DNA from: Lama guanicoe
Lineage: Eukaryota
NCBI GenBank assembly: GCA_013239625.1
Contig: MU053559.1
Coordinates: 3,144,324-3,208,323 of the forward strand
Direction: 5' to 3'
Length of the DNA stretch: 64,000 nt
Shown here: one piece after another, positions 36,671-49,900 of the stretch
How positions within the stretch are numbered: position 1 is the stretch's first letter
Layout of the letters: each line of letters begins with the position of its first letter
Translations under genes and position numbers: made by a program
The notes under the pieces: generated by a model
Told to the model about the DNA's origin: nothing
The model's input: only the letters and a program-made list of their open reading frames with translations
Database searches by the model: none

Positions 36671-37609
36671 ACTAGAGCCATGGCTACCAATTCTTGCCTC
36701 TGATTTAAGTTCTAATCTTCAACATCCTTCAAGGCCAAATCTAGTCTCTCACCCTTCAGGAAGCCTCAACAGAGCCTAGTTAGCCTTTCTCAGTGTTTAT
36801 TTTGGTTATTGTTTTTGTTTTTTATTAAGGTAAAATTCACGTAACATTCAATGGACCATTAACCATTTAAAAGTGTACAGTTTAGTGGCTTTTAGTGTAT
36901 TCACAGTGCTCTGCAACTATCTCTAACTAGTTTCAAGACATTTTCATCACTGCCCCAATCTTTTTACCCCAAAGGAAACTTTGAAATGATTTTCAGGTCT
37001 TGGGGAACTCCTGCAGAAAAATGATATTGATAGCCTATGGTAATTAGCATGATCTATAAGTTGTAGATATAATGATCCAATAAAAATGGTCTCTTGTGAG
37101 TAAAAATAATAGTTTTCTATGGGTTTGTAGATTTTGGCCAGTTTATTCACCTACTCTGTGTAGTTTCCCTTTTTCACAAAGGATATCAACTTTGATGCAA
37201 GAGGGAATGTACTAGAGGAAACCTCAGGGTTTTTTTTTTCTTATTGGAAAATTTCCTACTCGCTATTTCCCCCTCCTTTTCCATGATCCAAGTAGGCCTG
37301 AAAAATCTCTCATGGTTTCTACTATGGAGGGGGCTGGTAATGTATGCTATGTGGTGTATGGTATGAGCAAGAGTCGTTTTCTCCCTTATTTACAGCTAAA
37401 AAATGACTTTTAGCCATGTTTTCTTGAGAAACAGGTAGTTAAGCTTAGCTTACCTTTCTGTCCTTTTCATACATTTAAAAAATTCATAAGGCAGCATCAT
37501 ATATAACATAAGGCAGCATCATATATAACATAAAACAGTTAAGTAACTGTTTTAATCCAAGGTGGAATTTACTTGTTCAATAAGTGTCAGCAGCCTTAAG
37601 TGAGTAGGC

Positions 37610-37942
37610 TGTGGGGCCCAGGCCAAAGTTCACAATAGCTTGCACCTGGTAAGAGGTAAATGTGTGCATGTGCTAGTAGCGTGAGTACGCATTATGAACA
37701 ATACGCATGCTCCAGCTGCGTGAGTCTGCATTATGAATACTACGCATGCGCCACTAGCATTCTATAAAAAGGACAAGTGTGCCACGCCTGGGGCGCGCCA
37801 TCTTGTTGTACTAGAGTAAAGTATTGTTTCGCTCCGTGTCACCTCCTCGCACATTCTGTTTTGCGGCATGTCAGCTCCCCGCGCATTTTTCCAGTTGGGC
37901 AGCTCACGTCTTCAATCCTTCTCCAGCCCCCCGCGGCTGACA
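37610..37942 (+). mobile_element. Young ERV2/betaretrovirus-like solo LTR, 333 bp
   Basis: TG...CA termini; perfect 6-bp TSD GTAGGC (37604-37609, 37943-37948); TATAAAAA 37763; AGTAAA 37815; CpG-rich. Confidence 0.85.
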
Positions 37943-38177
37943 GTAGGCTCAGCTGATTTCATTTAAATAAAAGAGTGGAAGTTCATTTCAATTAGTGCTG
38001 TTTTCAACATGAAAATACAGACAATGTTAAGTAAGTAAAGCTACTAAAATCGTTGATAGAGCAATATGAATAGAAATATAGCCTAAGACACAGTTTTACA
38101 TGAGACTTAAGTGTTAATTTTTTTTTACTGACTGACATGATCAGGCTCAAATATAGGCAGTTATAAAATCATTATAA

Positions 38178-38915
38178 TTTTTTTATTGAAGTATAGTCAG
38201 TTTACAATGTTGTGTCAATTTCTGGTGTACAGCATAATGCTTAAGTCATACATGAACATACATAGATTTGTTTTCTTATTCTTTTTCATTATAGATTACT
38301 ATAAGATATTGAATATAGTTCCCTGTGCCATACAGTAGGACCTTGTTGTTTATCTATTTTATATATAGTAGTTAGTATCTGCAAATCCCAAACTCCCAAT
38401 TTACCCCTTCCCACCCCCTTCCCCCCTGGTAACCATAAGTTTGTTTTCTCTGTCTGTGAGTCTGTTTCTGTTTTGTAGATAAGTTCATTTGTGTCATCTT
38501 TTTAAGATTCTATGTGTAAATAATATCATATGGTATTTGTGTGACTTACTTCACTCAATGTGATAATCGCTAGATCCATCTATGTTGCTGCAAATTGCAT
38601 TATTTCATTCTTTTTTATGGCTGATTAATATTCCATTGTACACCACATCTTTATTCATCAGTCAGTGGACGTTTAGGTTGTTTCCCTGTCTTGGCTATTG
38701 TTAAGTAGTGCTGCTATGAACATTGGGTATATGTATCTTTTTGAATTGGAGTTTTATCCAGATATATGTCCAGGAGTGGGATTGCTGGATCATATGGTAA
38801 GTCTATTTTTAGTTTTTTAAGGAATCTCCATACTGTTTTCCATAATGGCTGCACCAAATTACATTCCCACCAACAGTGTAGGAGGGTTTCCTTTTCTCCA
38901 CACCCTCTCCAGCAT
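38178..38915 (-). mobile_element. 5'-truncated cetartiodactyl-type L1
   Basis: ttgaagtatagtcagtttacaatg..ccaggagtgggattgctggatcatatgg; abuts a short + strand L1 tail (~38935-39005). Confidence 0.9.
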
Positions 38916-39859
38916 TAAGAATGTGATTTTTTACTGCTTTGCTGTACACATGAAGCTAACATTGTAAATTGACTACACTTCAATAAAAAATAAGAAAAAA
39001 AAAGACTTTAAAAACTAAAAGTAAAGAATAAAAATTAGCTCTTCAGTATGAAACCTATGATTGTACTTTACCATATAAACACTCAATTCTGGGTCAAATT
39101 TGAGATAAGCACATACAGATTTCATTTTCAACTGAAATGAGAAGATTTCTGACCTTCCTCTTGATACCTATTAAATGAGGAAAGCTTTCCTCATACCTGT
39201 GAAAAGTTGAATACCACAGCAAAATGCTCATTGCATTCCTGTGAATGGCAAGATACTTGACTTTCACGTAAATTTGGAACTGGCCATAGGTGTATGTTTA
39301 ACTTTAGAAGAAATTGCCAAACTGTCTTCCAGAGTGGCTATACCATTTTGCATTCCCCCCAGCAACAAATGAGTGTTTGTGTAATTTCGAATTCTTGAGA
39401 GCATTTGGCATGGGCATTGTTTTGGATTCTAGCCAGTCTCATAGGTGTGTAGTGGTATGTCATCTTGATTTAAATTTTTATTTCCCTAATGGCTGATGAG
39501 TGATGTTGAACATCTTTTCATGTGCTCATTTGCCATCCTTATATCCTCTTTGGTGAAATATCTGTTTGTGTCTTTAGCCCATCTTTAGTTGGGTTTTTCT
39601 TTCACTGTTGAATTTTGAGAGTTCTTTATGTATTCTGGATACAGGTCCATTGTTGGATATGTGGTTTACAAATATTTTTTCCCAGTCTGTGGCTTGGATT
39701 TTCATTCTCTTGAAAAAGGCTAGAAAATACGTATACATTTTTAAAGATAAAATACCATGTGAATCCAAATTGATATTTCAAATGCAAATTAAAGATTATA
39801 GGATTTTTATTTTACTCCTTTGATTCTATACTTAATTTTTACTTAGATTGAAAAAATTT

Positions 39860-40381
39860 TTTTATTTAAATTTTTAAAAATTGAAGTACAGTCAGTTACA
39901 ATGTGTCAATTTCTGGTATATAGCACAATATCCCAGTCATGCATATAGATACATATATTCATTTTTGTATTCTTTTTCATTAAAGGTCATTACAAGATAT
40001 TGAGCATAGTTCCCTGTGCTATACAGAAGAAACTTTTTAAAAATCTATTTTTATATATAGTGGCTAACATTTGTAAATCTCAAACTCCTAAATTTATCCC
40101 TTCCCACCCCCTTCCCCCAGTAACCGTAAGATTGTATTATGTTTGCCAGTCTGTTTCTGCTTTGTAGATGAGTTCATAGTGTCCTTTTTTTCCTTTTTTT
40201 TTTGCATTCCACATGAGTGATATCACATGGTATTTTTATTTCTCTGTCTGACATCACTTAGAATGACGATCTCTAGGTCCATCCATGTTGCTAAAAAATG
40301 GCATTATTTTATTCTTTTTTATGGCTGAGTAATATTCCATTGTATAAATATACCATAACTTTTTTATCTAGTCATCCGTCG
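39860..40381 (-). mobile_element. Young L1 3' end
   Basis: Closely similar to the copy at 54446-54950 (gaagtacagtcagttaca..tcccagtcatgcatata..aagaaactttttaaaaatctattt). Confidence 0.9.
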
Positions 40382-41179
40382 AGAAAATCTTGAATCATAA
40401 GGACATTAGCATAATTACTTGCTTTATGTTACCATAAATAAAAATACATATCTGTATAATAGTTTTTGATTAATAATAATGACATCATTATTAACAATTT
40501 GAGTTTTGAAAATAGTTTAATATTTCTTTGCAGTTCTGTTTTCAAGATCTCTCTCCCTAGGATATATGGTCAAGTTATTGGGTTTTAATTTCATTTAAAT
40601 GATTCCAGACAGTATAGTTAAGTCACCAAGTTGATACCCAGTTAAATTCATTCATTTCATTTTGCTTTTGCTTTTTAACTTAAAAATTTTTTGTTTTATT
40701 ATAATGTAAAAGTAAAACATTTATGTGGTTTCAAAGTCAAATTTACAAAGTGAGGTGCATTCAGACAAGTCTAGCTTTTCTTCCTATCCCTTCAATCTTG
40801 TTCCCTCCCTCTATAAATAAGAACCAAAAAAAAAAAAACTATTTATTTAGTTTAGGGTTATCCTTCCTTTTTTGTGTTTGTTTTTTAAAACAGCAAATTC
40901 TTAAATATGTTCACATGATCTCTTATTAAATAAATGGTAACATGCTCTGTTTAGTCTCGTGCACCTTTCATTTTTCCTTTTAACAGTTTATCTTGGAGAT
41001 TTCTTCATAGTAGTTTACAGAGCTATCCTCATTCCATTGGTATGTGTATTCCATTTGTAGCTACATAGTACTCCATTGTGTGGACATAACATATTTTGTT
41101 TAACTCGTCCCCTTTTGATGTATAGTTGTGTTATTTCCAGTCCTTTGCTATTACAAATAATGCTGAAATAAATAGTCAA

Positions 41180-42725
41180 AGTTGTGCTTCAAAAGAAACC
41201 ATCAAGAAAGTGAAAAGGGGGGAGGAGATAGCTGAAGTCGTAGAGTGCATACTTAGCATGCATGAGGTCCTGGGTTCAATCCCCAGTACTTCCATTAAAG
41301 AAAAATAATTAAATAAATAAACCCAATTACCTCCTCCCCCCATAAAAAAACACAGTGAAAAGGCAGCTACAGTATTTTACAGGGAGAAAATATTTGCAAA
41401 GCATGTATATGATGAGGGATTTATATCTAGAACTCTCAAAACTCAACAATAGAAACACAAACAGTCCAATAAAAATGTGCAAAATGTCTGAGTAGACATT
41501 ACTCCAAAGAAACTACACATAGCCAATAAGCACATGAAAAGAGGCTTAACACCATTAGCTATTAGAGAAATGTAAATTAAAACCACAATGAGATATTACT
41601 TCACACCCCCTAGGATGGCTGTAACAAAAAAGACAATACCAGGTGTTGGCAGGGATGTGTAGTAATTGAAACCCTCACGCATTGCTGATAGGAATGTAAA
41701 ATGGTGCTGCTGCTGTGGAAAAGTCTGCAGTTCCACAGAAGTTTAAACATAGAGTTAACTGTATGACATACCCAAGAGAAAAGAAAACATTTGTCCACAA
41801 AAGATGTATATGAATGTTCATAACAGCGTTATTTAGAATAGCCAGAAAGTAGAAAAAGCCCAAATGTCCATCAGCTCATGAATGGATAAGCAAAATATGG
41901 TATATCCACACAATGGACTATTATTTGGTTGTAAAAAGGAATGAAACACTGATTCATGCTACAGCATAGATGAACCTCAAAAACATTATACCACAAGTGA
42001 TAGACAAAAGATGACATATATACACACATATATATACACAAAAGACTGCATCATAAATATTGTATGATCTCATTTATGTGATATGTGCAGAATAAGCAAA
42101 TCTATAATGACAGAAAGACTAATGGTTGACTAGACTTGTGTAGGAGAAGGGAGGAAATGGGGAGTAAACTCCATGAAATCATATTTTAAATGGATGAACT
42201 TTATGGTAGACACTTAGGTTGCTTCCATATGTTGGCAAGCATAAATAATGCTGCTATGAACATTGGGCATGTATCATTTTGAATTAGTGTTTCCATTTTC
42301 TTTGTATATATAGCCAGAAAAGGGGTTAATATCCATAATATATAAACAGCTCATGTAACTCAATATCAAAAAAACCCAAACAACCCAATTTGAAAATGGG
42401 CAGAAGACCTAAACAGACATTTTTCTAAAGAAGACATTAACAGATGACCAACAGGCAAATGAAAAGGTGCTCGATATCACTAATCATCAGAGAAATACAA
42501 ATCAAAACCGAGAGATACCACCTCACACCTGTCAGAATGGCCATCGTCAAAAAGACCACAAATTACAAATCTTGGCGAGGATGTGAAGAAAAGTGAGTCC
42601 TTGTACATTGTTGGTGGGAATATAAATTGGTGCAGCCACTATGGAAAACAGTATGCGGGTTCCTCAAAAAAACTGAAACTAGAACTACCATATAATGTAT
42701 AAATTATACCTCAATGAAACTGTTG
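41180..42725 (+). mobile_element. L1MB-type ORF2 end/3' UTR with nested SINE and a rearranged L1 piece (~42210-42695)
   Basis: accatcaagaaagtgaaaagg..gaatgtaaaatggtgc..aattatacctcaat; 42210-42320 is reverse, 42320-42695 forward L1. Confidence 0.8.
41219..41353 (+). mobile_element. tRNA-Ala-derived SINE (Vic-1 type)
   Basis: gatagctgaagtcgtagagtgcatacttagcatgcatgaggtcctgggttcaatccccagtacttcca; TSD AGTGAAAAGG (41209, 41354). Confidence 0.9.
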
Positions 42726-43052
42726 AAAGAATAAATAGCCAAAGAAAGGAGTTGGTAGTGGGAAATTGCTGGACAGACAAGCAGTAAGTGATTACTGTGC
42801 CAGATCACGGGATGGTTTTGATTTAAAGTATTCCATTTCTTGTTCCCGGTAACTATTGAAATGTCCTTGAAATGACATGATTTCAGACTGGGTCACTTCT
42901 TGAAGCTGCCATTCGTACTTTGGATATGACATAAAACTCCTTTACTATTCCTCAATGTTAATTTGCATTTCAGAAATTAGAGTCACTTTGCCTATTCAAG
43001 GGTCAAACACCTAACTCTGGTCATTTTTGTATTCTGTCCTGAACTTTATAGC

Positions 43053-43535
43053 TGTGTCACTTAGGATACTTTTGCATATAAGTAACAGAATACCTAACAG
43101 TGGCTTAAGCCAAATTAATTATCTCATATGGTAAGAACTCTAGAGGTGTGGCAGTTTCAGATTTAGACAGTGGCTGATGAATATCATAAAGGACTCAGAT
43201 TATTTTTAATCTCTCCATTCTGCTGTCTTCAGAGTGTTGCTTTTCTTTCTTAGGCTTGTGACCTCATGGTTGCAAGATGGTTGCCTCAGTTCCAGACATC
43301 ACAACTTCCTACAGTCATGTTCAAGACTAGCAGGAAGGCTCTTATATCAGAAAACAAAGTGTTTCCCAGTAGATTTCGGCCTTCCATCTTACTGGCTAAA
43401 ATTGAGTCACATGGCTGTCCTTTGCTACAAGGGAGATTGGGAGCTTGATTTTTCACCATCTATTTTTGGAACTGAGACTGAGAAAAGGTTGCTAATAATG
43501 GGTGTTGGGAGCCAGCAAAGTTTGTTTGCCACGCT
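43053..43535 (-). mobile_element. MaLR LTR (MLT1K/L-like)
   Basis: tgtgtcacttaggatac..aagtaacagaa..tggttgcaagatggttgcc..gagtcacatggc..gctacaagggag. Confidence 0.7.
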
Positions 43536-45059
43536 AGCCACAGACTCAATACCTGTGAGTCTAGATGCCCCCTCCTCAGCCTTAGCATGCCTTTCTTAAA
43601 ATTTTTTGTTTGTGTTTTCTAATTATACAAGTAACACGAGTATATTATTGTAAAAAATTCAAACAATACCGTTCTTTCTTAATGATCTTCTTTGTCATAA
43701 TGGAAAACAAACCTAACAGGTCCAATTAAACCAGCAAGCTCACTGCCTGTCGTTTGAATATCTCCACTCAGCCGTTGGTTTACTCGCCCCCTTCCCCAGC
43801 AGCATTCCCATACCTCTTCCTCTTCCCATTCAAATACTCTCCTTCCCTTGAACCTTGGCTCTAATCCCCCCTCATTAAAGCCTTTGCTGGTCATCTCAGC
43901 CGGAGCCATCTCTCTGGCTACATAACCCTGGACACTCATGTTGTACAGACCACTCATTGACTGCCTTATTGCCTGTGTTGTGTTTTGCATTCTTTATGTG
44001 TGATTATGACATTCCTCAGCTGACTGAGAAATTACAATTGATGCTGTTTGGGTCACCCTTCCTTAGCTGGGGCAGGCCCTTACTTAATAGGTGCCTGTCG
44101 ATTGCCCCCATCTATCTGTAGCAGAGTTGCCTAAAAATTACTGGAGATAAACACAATTTGGGAGAATCATCTCCAGAATGCTTCTCACTGGTATCTTCTA
44201 GTGCTGCTGTGGAACAAAATATTTCTTATTTTAGCAACAGTGAATATAAAGGAGGAAGAAACTCATTTGCTTCTGTGGCTTAAATAGGTTAGAAGCCTCT
44301 CAGGATGCGTGGCTTATATGAAGCAGCCAGGACAGTGTGAAGATGTCACCGTGCAAATTGTGACAAAGCCTCTCTGTGGCCTATTGTGCCATGCAGTGAG
44401 ACGTTTCTCTTTTCCCTCTTGGCATCCAGTTTGGCTTTTTCTGGAAGCAGCAGATTTCCCTGAGCTTTCATCAGGCAGGACCCTTTAAGAGACCAGTTTC
44501 CTGAGAACAAGATTCCACATATGCACTAGTGCAAATGTAAAGGATTTTCTTGTGCCATTTCCCGAGGGGTTTATCCCGTTCCTGCAGTTGTCGAAAGGCC
44601 AGATCCAAATTTGTGTGTGTCTGGGGAGGAATTCCCCAAAGCAAAAGAAAGAGAGAGGTGGGCATTTTCATTCCCTCATTATCCAGGCCCCGGGATGCCC
44701 AAGTTGACCTGGGAACTGCACTGTGACAAAGTGACAAGCTTGGCCAGTTGAAGGGCAAACAAATTCTTTACTTTCCTGTGTGTTTGGCATAGTCACAACT
44801 GCTAGCGTTTTGGGGGAGATCAGGTCAATTCACATGCCTTAATGGTTAATTTAGACCACCTTTGCTTCTTTGCATGAGTTTGGTAATTGAAACAGAGATG
44901 CTTGTTTTGCCATTTATAGGACCATTTCCAGCTCATCTCTGCGAGACTTTAGTGATTCATTGCTCATCTATATTCATGTTCATATGTAATACCTTATAAA
45001 AGGCACCTGAGTAGAACCTCTCCTAGTTACTGAGGAAATTAAACCCTCTCTTTCCTTTT

Positions 45060-48000
45060 ATTGTTAATTGAAATTTTTATGGAGTTAATTGTAGATTTAC
45101 ATGCAGTTATAAGAAATTATACAGAGAGATCCGATGTACCCTTTACCCACTTTCCCATTGGTAACATATTGCAAAACTAGTGTAATAGCTCAACCGGGAT
45201 ATTAACATCAGTATAATCTATTGATCTTATTTAAATTTTCCTGATTTTACTTGTACTCATTTGTGTGTGTGTGTTTAGTCTGTACACTTACTTCATCAGT
45301 GTAGATTACTGTGACCATCATGATAGTAAAGATATAGAACATTTCCATTATCACAAGGATCCCTTGTATTGCCCTTTTATTACCACACCCACTTCCTTCC
45401 CATCAACTTCCACACCTGCCCTGACCCTGCCATCCCCCACAACATCCCTAAGTCCTGTTCTCCATTTCTAAAGTTTTATTACTTTGAAAATATTTATGGA
45501 GTCATAAAAGTATGTATCTCTTAGGATTTTTTTTTTCACTTGGCACAAATCCCTGGAGATTTATCCAGGTAGTTGTGTGGATCAATTGTTCATCCATTTT
45601 TATCGCTGAGTAGTATTCCGTGTATGTACCACAGTTTCTTTAACCATTTACCTGTTGAAGGATATCTGGGCTATTTCCCGTTTTTGGTTGTTATGCATAA
45701 AGCTGCTCCAAACATTCATGTACAGGTTTTTGTGTGGACATATGTTTTCATTTTCTGGGATAAATGCCCAAGAGTGCAATTGCTGGATCTTAAGATAATT
45801 GCTTGTTTAGTTTTATTAAAAAAAAAAACTACTAAACTGTTTTTGAGAGCAAATGTACCATTTTATAATCCCAGCAACAGTGTATGAGTGATCTACTTTT
45901 TCTGCATCCTAGTCAGCAGTTAGTGTTGCCACTGTTTCTCATTTTAGCTGTCTGATAGGTGTGTAAGGATACCTCGTTGTGAATTTAATTGTCACTTCTC
46001 TGATGGCTAATGAGTTGAATATCTTTTCACGTGCTTATTTGCCATCTGTATATCCACCTTGGTGAAGTGCCTTTTTATGTCTTTTGCCTGTTTCTAATTG
46101 GATTGTTTTTTAAACTGTTGAGTTTCAAGAAATCTTTTTTGTTTTTTGAGTTTTGAGAATGCTTTATACATTCTAGATACTAGCCTTTTGTCTAAGATGT
46201 GTTTTCTCCCAATCTGTAGCTTGTCTTTTTCTCCTGTTAACTATCTTTTGCAGAGCAAAAAAAAAAAGTCAAATTTTGATGAGCTCCAGTTTATCCATTT
46301 TTTTCCCCTTTTATGGATGATGCTTTGGTACTAAGTCTAAGAACTCTCGGCTCAGCCCTAGATCCTGAAGATTTTCTCCTGTGTTTTTTCCCTAAAATTT
46401 CTGTAGTTTTACATGTTCTATTCAACTCTGTGACCCATTTTGAGTTAATTTTTGTGTAAAGTGTGAGATTTAGGTCAAGGTTCATTTGATTTTGCCTATG
46501 AATAGCCAATTACTCCAGTACCATTTGTTGAAAAGGCTATCTTTCCTCCATTGAATTGCTTCTTTAAAAAAATGTTTATTGAAGTGTAGTTAACTTTAAA
46601 TTTTGTTTTTTTTTTTTCTTGGAGGAAGGAGGTAATTAGGTTTATGTATCTATTTATTTACTGGGAGGTACTGGAGATTGAACCCAGGACCTTGTGAATG
46701 CTAAGTACATGCTCTACCACTGAGCTATACCCTCCCCGTGAAGTGTAGTTGATTTACAATGTTGTGTTAGTTTCAGGTGCACAGCTAAGTGATTCTATTA
46801 TGCATATAAATATATTCTTTTTCAGATTCCCTTCCATTATAGGTTATTACAAGGTATTGAATATAGTTCCCTGTGCTCTACAGTATGTCCTTGTTGTTTA
46901 TCTGTTTTACAGTAGTGTGTATCTGTTAATCCCAAACCCCTAATTTATCCCTCCACTGGATTGCTTTTACACCTTTGGAAAAAGTCATTTGAACATATTT
47001 GTGTGTTTCCTTCTGCGCTCTCTATTCTGTTGCATTGATCTATGTCTATCCCTCTGCCAGTGCCACACTATTTTTATTACTGTAGTAATATAGTAAACCT
47101 TAGTATCAGGTATAGTGATTTTTCCTACTTTATTTTTCTTTGTTGAGATTCTTCCTTGTCTAGGGCCTGTACCTTTGTATACAAATTTTAGAATAAGTTT
47201 GTTTGTATCTACAAATAAGTTTGCTAGAAGTTTGATAGGATTGCATTAAGCCTCTAGATTAATTAGAGGAACATTGGCATCTTCACTATGTCTTGTCTTC
47301 CTATTCATGAACATGATATGTCTCTCCATTTCTTTAGGTCATCTTTGATTTTTTGTTCATCAGCATTTTGTATTTTTCAGCTTAAGACCATGTACCTGGT
47401 TTGTATTTTATTTTCTTTGAGTGGTTGTAAATGACATTGTGTTTTAAATTTCAGTTTCCTATGCTCCTTGTTGGCATATAGAAGTCGGATTGATTTTTGT
47501 GTGTCGATCTTGTATCCTGTGGCCCTGCTGATCTCAATATTAGTTTTAGGATTTTTTTTCCGGTTAGTTCTGTGGGATTTTTAAAATATAGACAGTCTTG
47601 TCATCTACATGTAGAGACAGTTATATTTCTTCCATTCTAATCTATATCCTTTTAACTTCTTTTTCTTGCCTAATTGCAGTGAGTAGAACTTCTAGTAATA
47701 TGTTGAATAAGAGTGATGAGAGCAGACATTCTTGTCTTGTTCCTGATCTTAGGGGAAGAATATTCAGTCTTTTGCTATTAAGTATAATGTTAGCTGTAGG
47801 TTTTTTGTAGATGCTCATTAACAAGTAATTCCCCTCTTTTCCTATCTTGCTGAGAGTTTTTTTAAAAAGTCTTGAATAGGTATTGGATTTTGTCAAATGC
47901 ATTTACCTGTATCAATTGATATGATCATTTGAATTTTCTCATTTACTTGTTGATATGGTGGCTTACATTCGTTGCTTTTTGAATGTTGATCCAGCCTTGC

Positions 48001-49900
48001 ATAATAAATCCCCCTTGGTCATAGCATGTAATTCTTTTTATACATAGCTGGACTCAATTTGCTAATTTTTTTGTGGAGGATTTTTGCATCTATGTTCATG
48101 AGAGATACTGGTCTGTAAGTTATTTTTGATTGAATTCTCTCATCTGGTTTTGGTATCAAGATAATACTGACCTAATGAAATGAGTTGGGAAGTGTTCCCT
48201 CCTCTTTTATTTTCTGGAAGAGATTACATAAAATTGGTGTTAATTCTTATTTAAATATTTGTTGAAATTCTCCAGTAAAGGCAGCCAAGTGTGGGGGTTT
48301 CTTTTTGACTGTTAGTTAAAAATTCAAGTTCTTTAAAAGTTATAGGACTATTCAGATTGTTTTATCTTGATTGAGTTTTGGTAGTTTGTGGTTTTGAGAA
48401 ATTGGTCCATTTTCTCTAAGTTATTGAATTCATGTGTATAAAGTTGGTCAGAATGTTCCCTCATTATCTTTTTAATGACTGTGGGATCTGTGAGGATAAC
48501 CCCTTTCATTTCTGGTATTGGTGATTTGTGTATTATCTCTTCAAAAATTTTTTTTGATCTTGGTAGAGATTTATCAATTTTGATTTTTTTTTGAAGAACA
48601 GGCTTTGTATTTGATTTTTCTCTATTTTCCTCAATTTCATTGATTTCTGCTGTGATCTTTTTCTTCTTTATGTTTGCTTTTAGTTTATTTTATACACCTT
48701 TTTCTAATTTATTGATGTAGGAACTTAGATTATTGATTTGAGACCTTTCCTCATTTCTAATATAAGTATTTAGTGTTATAAATTTCCCTCTCAACACTGC
48801 TTTAGCTGCATCCCACATATTTTGTTATGTCGTGTTTTCATGTTCTTTTAGTTCCATCTTTTTAAAAATTTCTTTTGAGATTTCCTCTTTAACCCATAGA
48901 CTAGTTAAAAGTGTGTTGTTTAATTTCCAAGCATTTGGAGATTTTCCTGCTGTTTTTCTGTTGTTGATTTCTAATGATTCTATTATCAAAAGAGAATATA
49001 ATTGTATGAGTTTAATTCTTTTAAAATTGTTGAAATTTCTTTTATGGCCCTATTAAATAAGGTCTGCCTTGGTGAATGTTTCATGCACATTTGAAAAGAA
49101 TATATATTTTGCTGTTGTTGGGTGGAGTGTTCTGTGTATATCAGTTAGGTTTTGTTGGTTGCTGAGAGGATTGTTGAAGTCCCCAACTAAACTTGTGGCT
49201 TTGTCTAGTGCTCCTTTCAGTTCTGTCTGTTTTGCTTCATGTATTTTGAGGTTCTGTAGTTTGGTGCATACACATTTAAGTTTCGTTGTGTCCTCCTGGT
49301 GGATTGATTCTTTTATCATTATGTAATATCCTTCTTTTCTCTAGTAATTTTCTTTGCTCTGAAGTCTAGTTTATGTGGTACAGATACAGCCATTACTGCT
49401 TCTTTAAAATTAGTGTTTTCCTGGTATATCTTTTTCCATCCTTTTACTTTCAACTGATCTATAGTATTGAATTTGAAATGAGTTTCCTGTGAATAGCATA
49501 TAGTTTATCATGCTTTTAAAAATCCACTCTACAGATCTCTGTCTTTTGATTCATACATTTAGATCATTTACATTTAAGGTGATTACTGATTTGTTAATGC
49601 TTATGTCTGATATATTATTATATGTTTTCTGTTTGTTTCTGTTTTCTTACCTTCCTTTGGGTTCCTGGAACATTTTTTTTTTAAAGGCTTCTATCTTGAT
49701 GTTTTTGAATATATCTCGTAGTATAGTTTTCATAGTGGTTGTTCAGTATATATTAATGACTTATATAGACTGTAGTCTGTTACTATCAGTGTTTTACCAT
49801 GTCAAATGAAGTATAGAAACCTCACTTCCATTTAGATCCCTATATTTCCCCCTTTTAAATATCATTGTCATGAGCATCAGATTATGTTATAATTTTTGTT
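45060..49900 (-). mobile_element. Long old L1 (L1MC/MD-type) 3' UTR and ORF2 remnant
   Basis: ORFs 47642-47902 ([45 protein letters not shown] domain) and 49053-49319 (endonuclease-like) are decayed L1 ORF2. Confidence 0.9.
46592..46738 (-). mobile_element. tRNA-Ala-derived SINE (Vic-1 type) nested in a short L1 3' end (~46572-46950)
   Basis: Perfect 12-bp TSD TGAAGTGTAGTT (46580, 46739). Confidence 0.9.
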
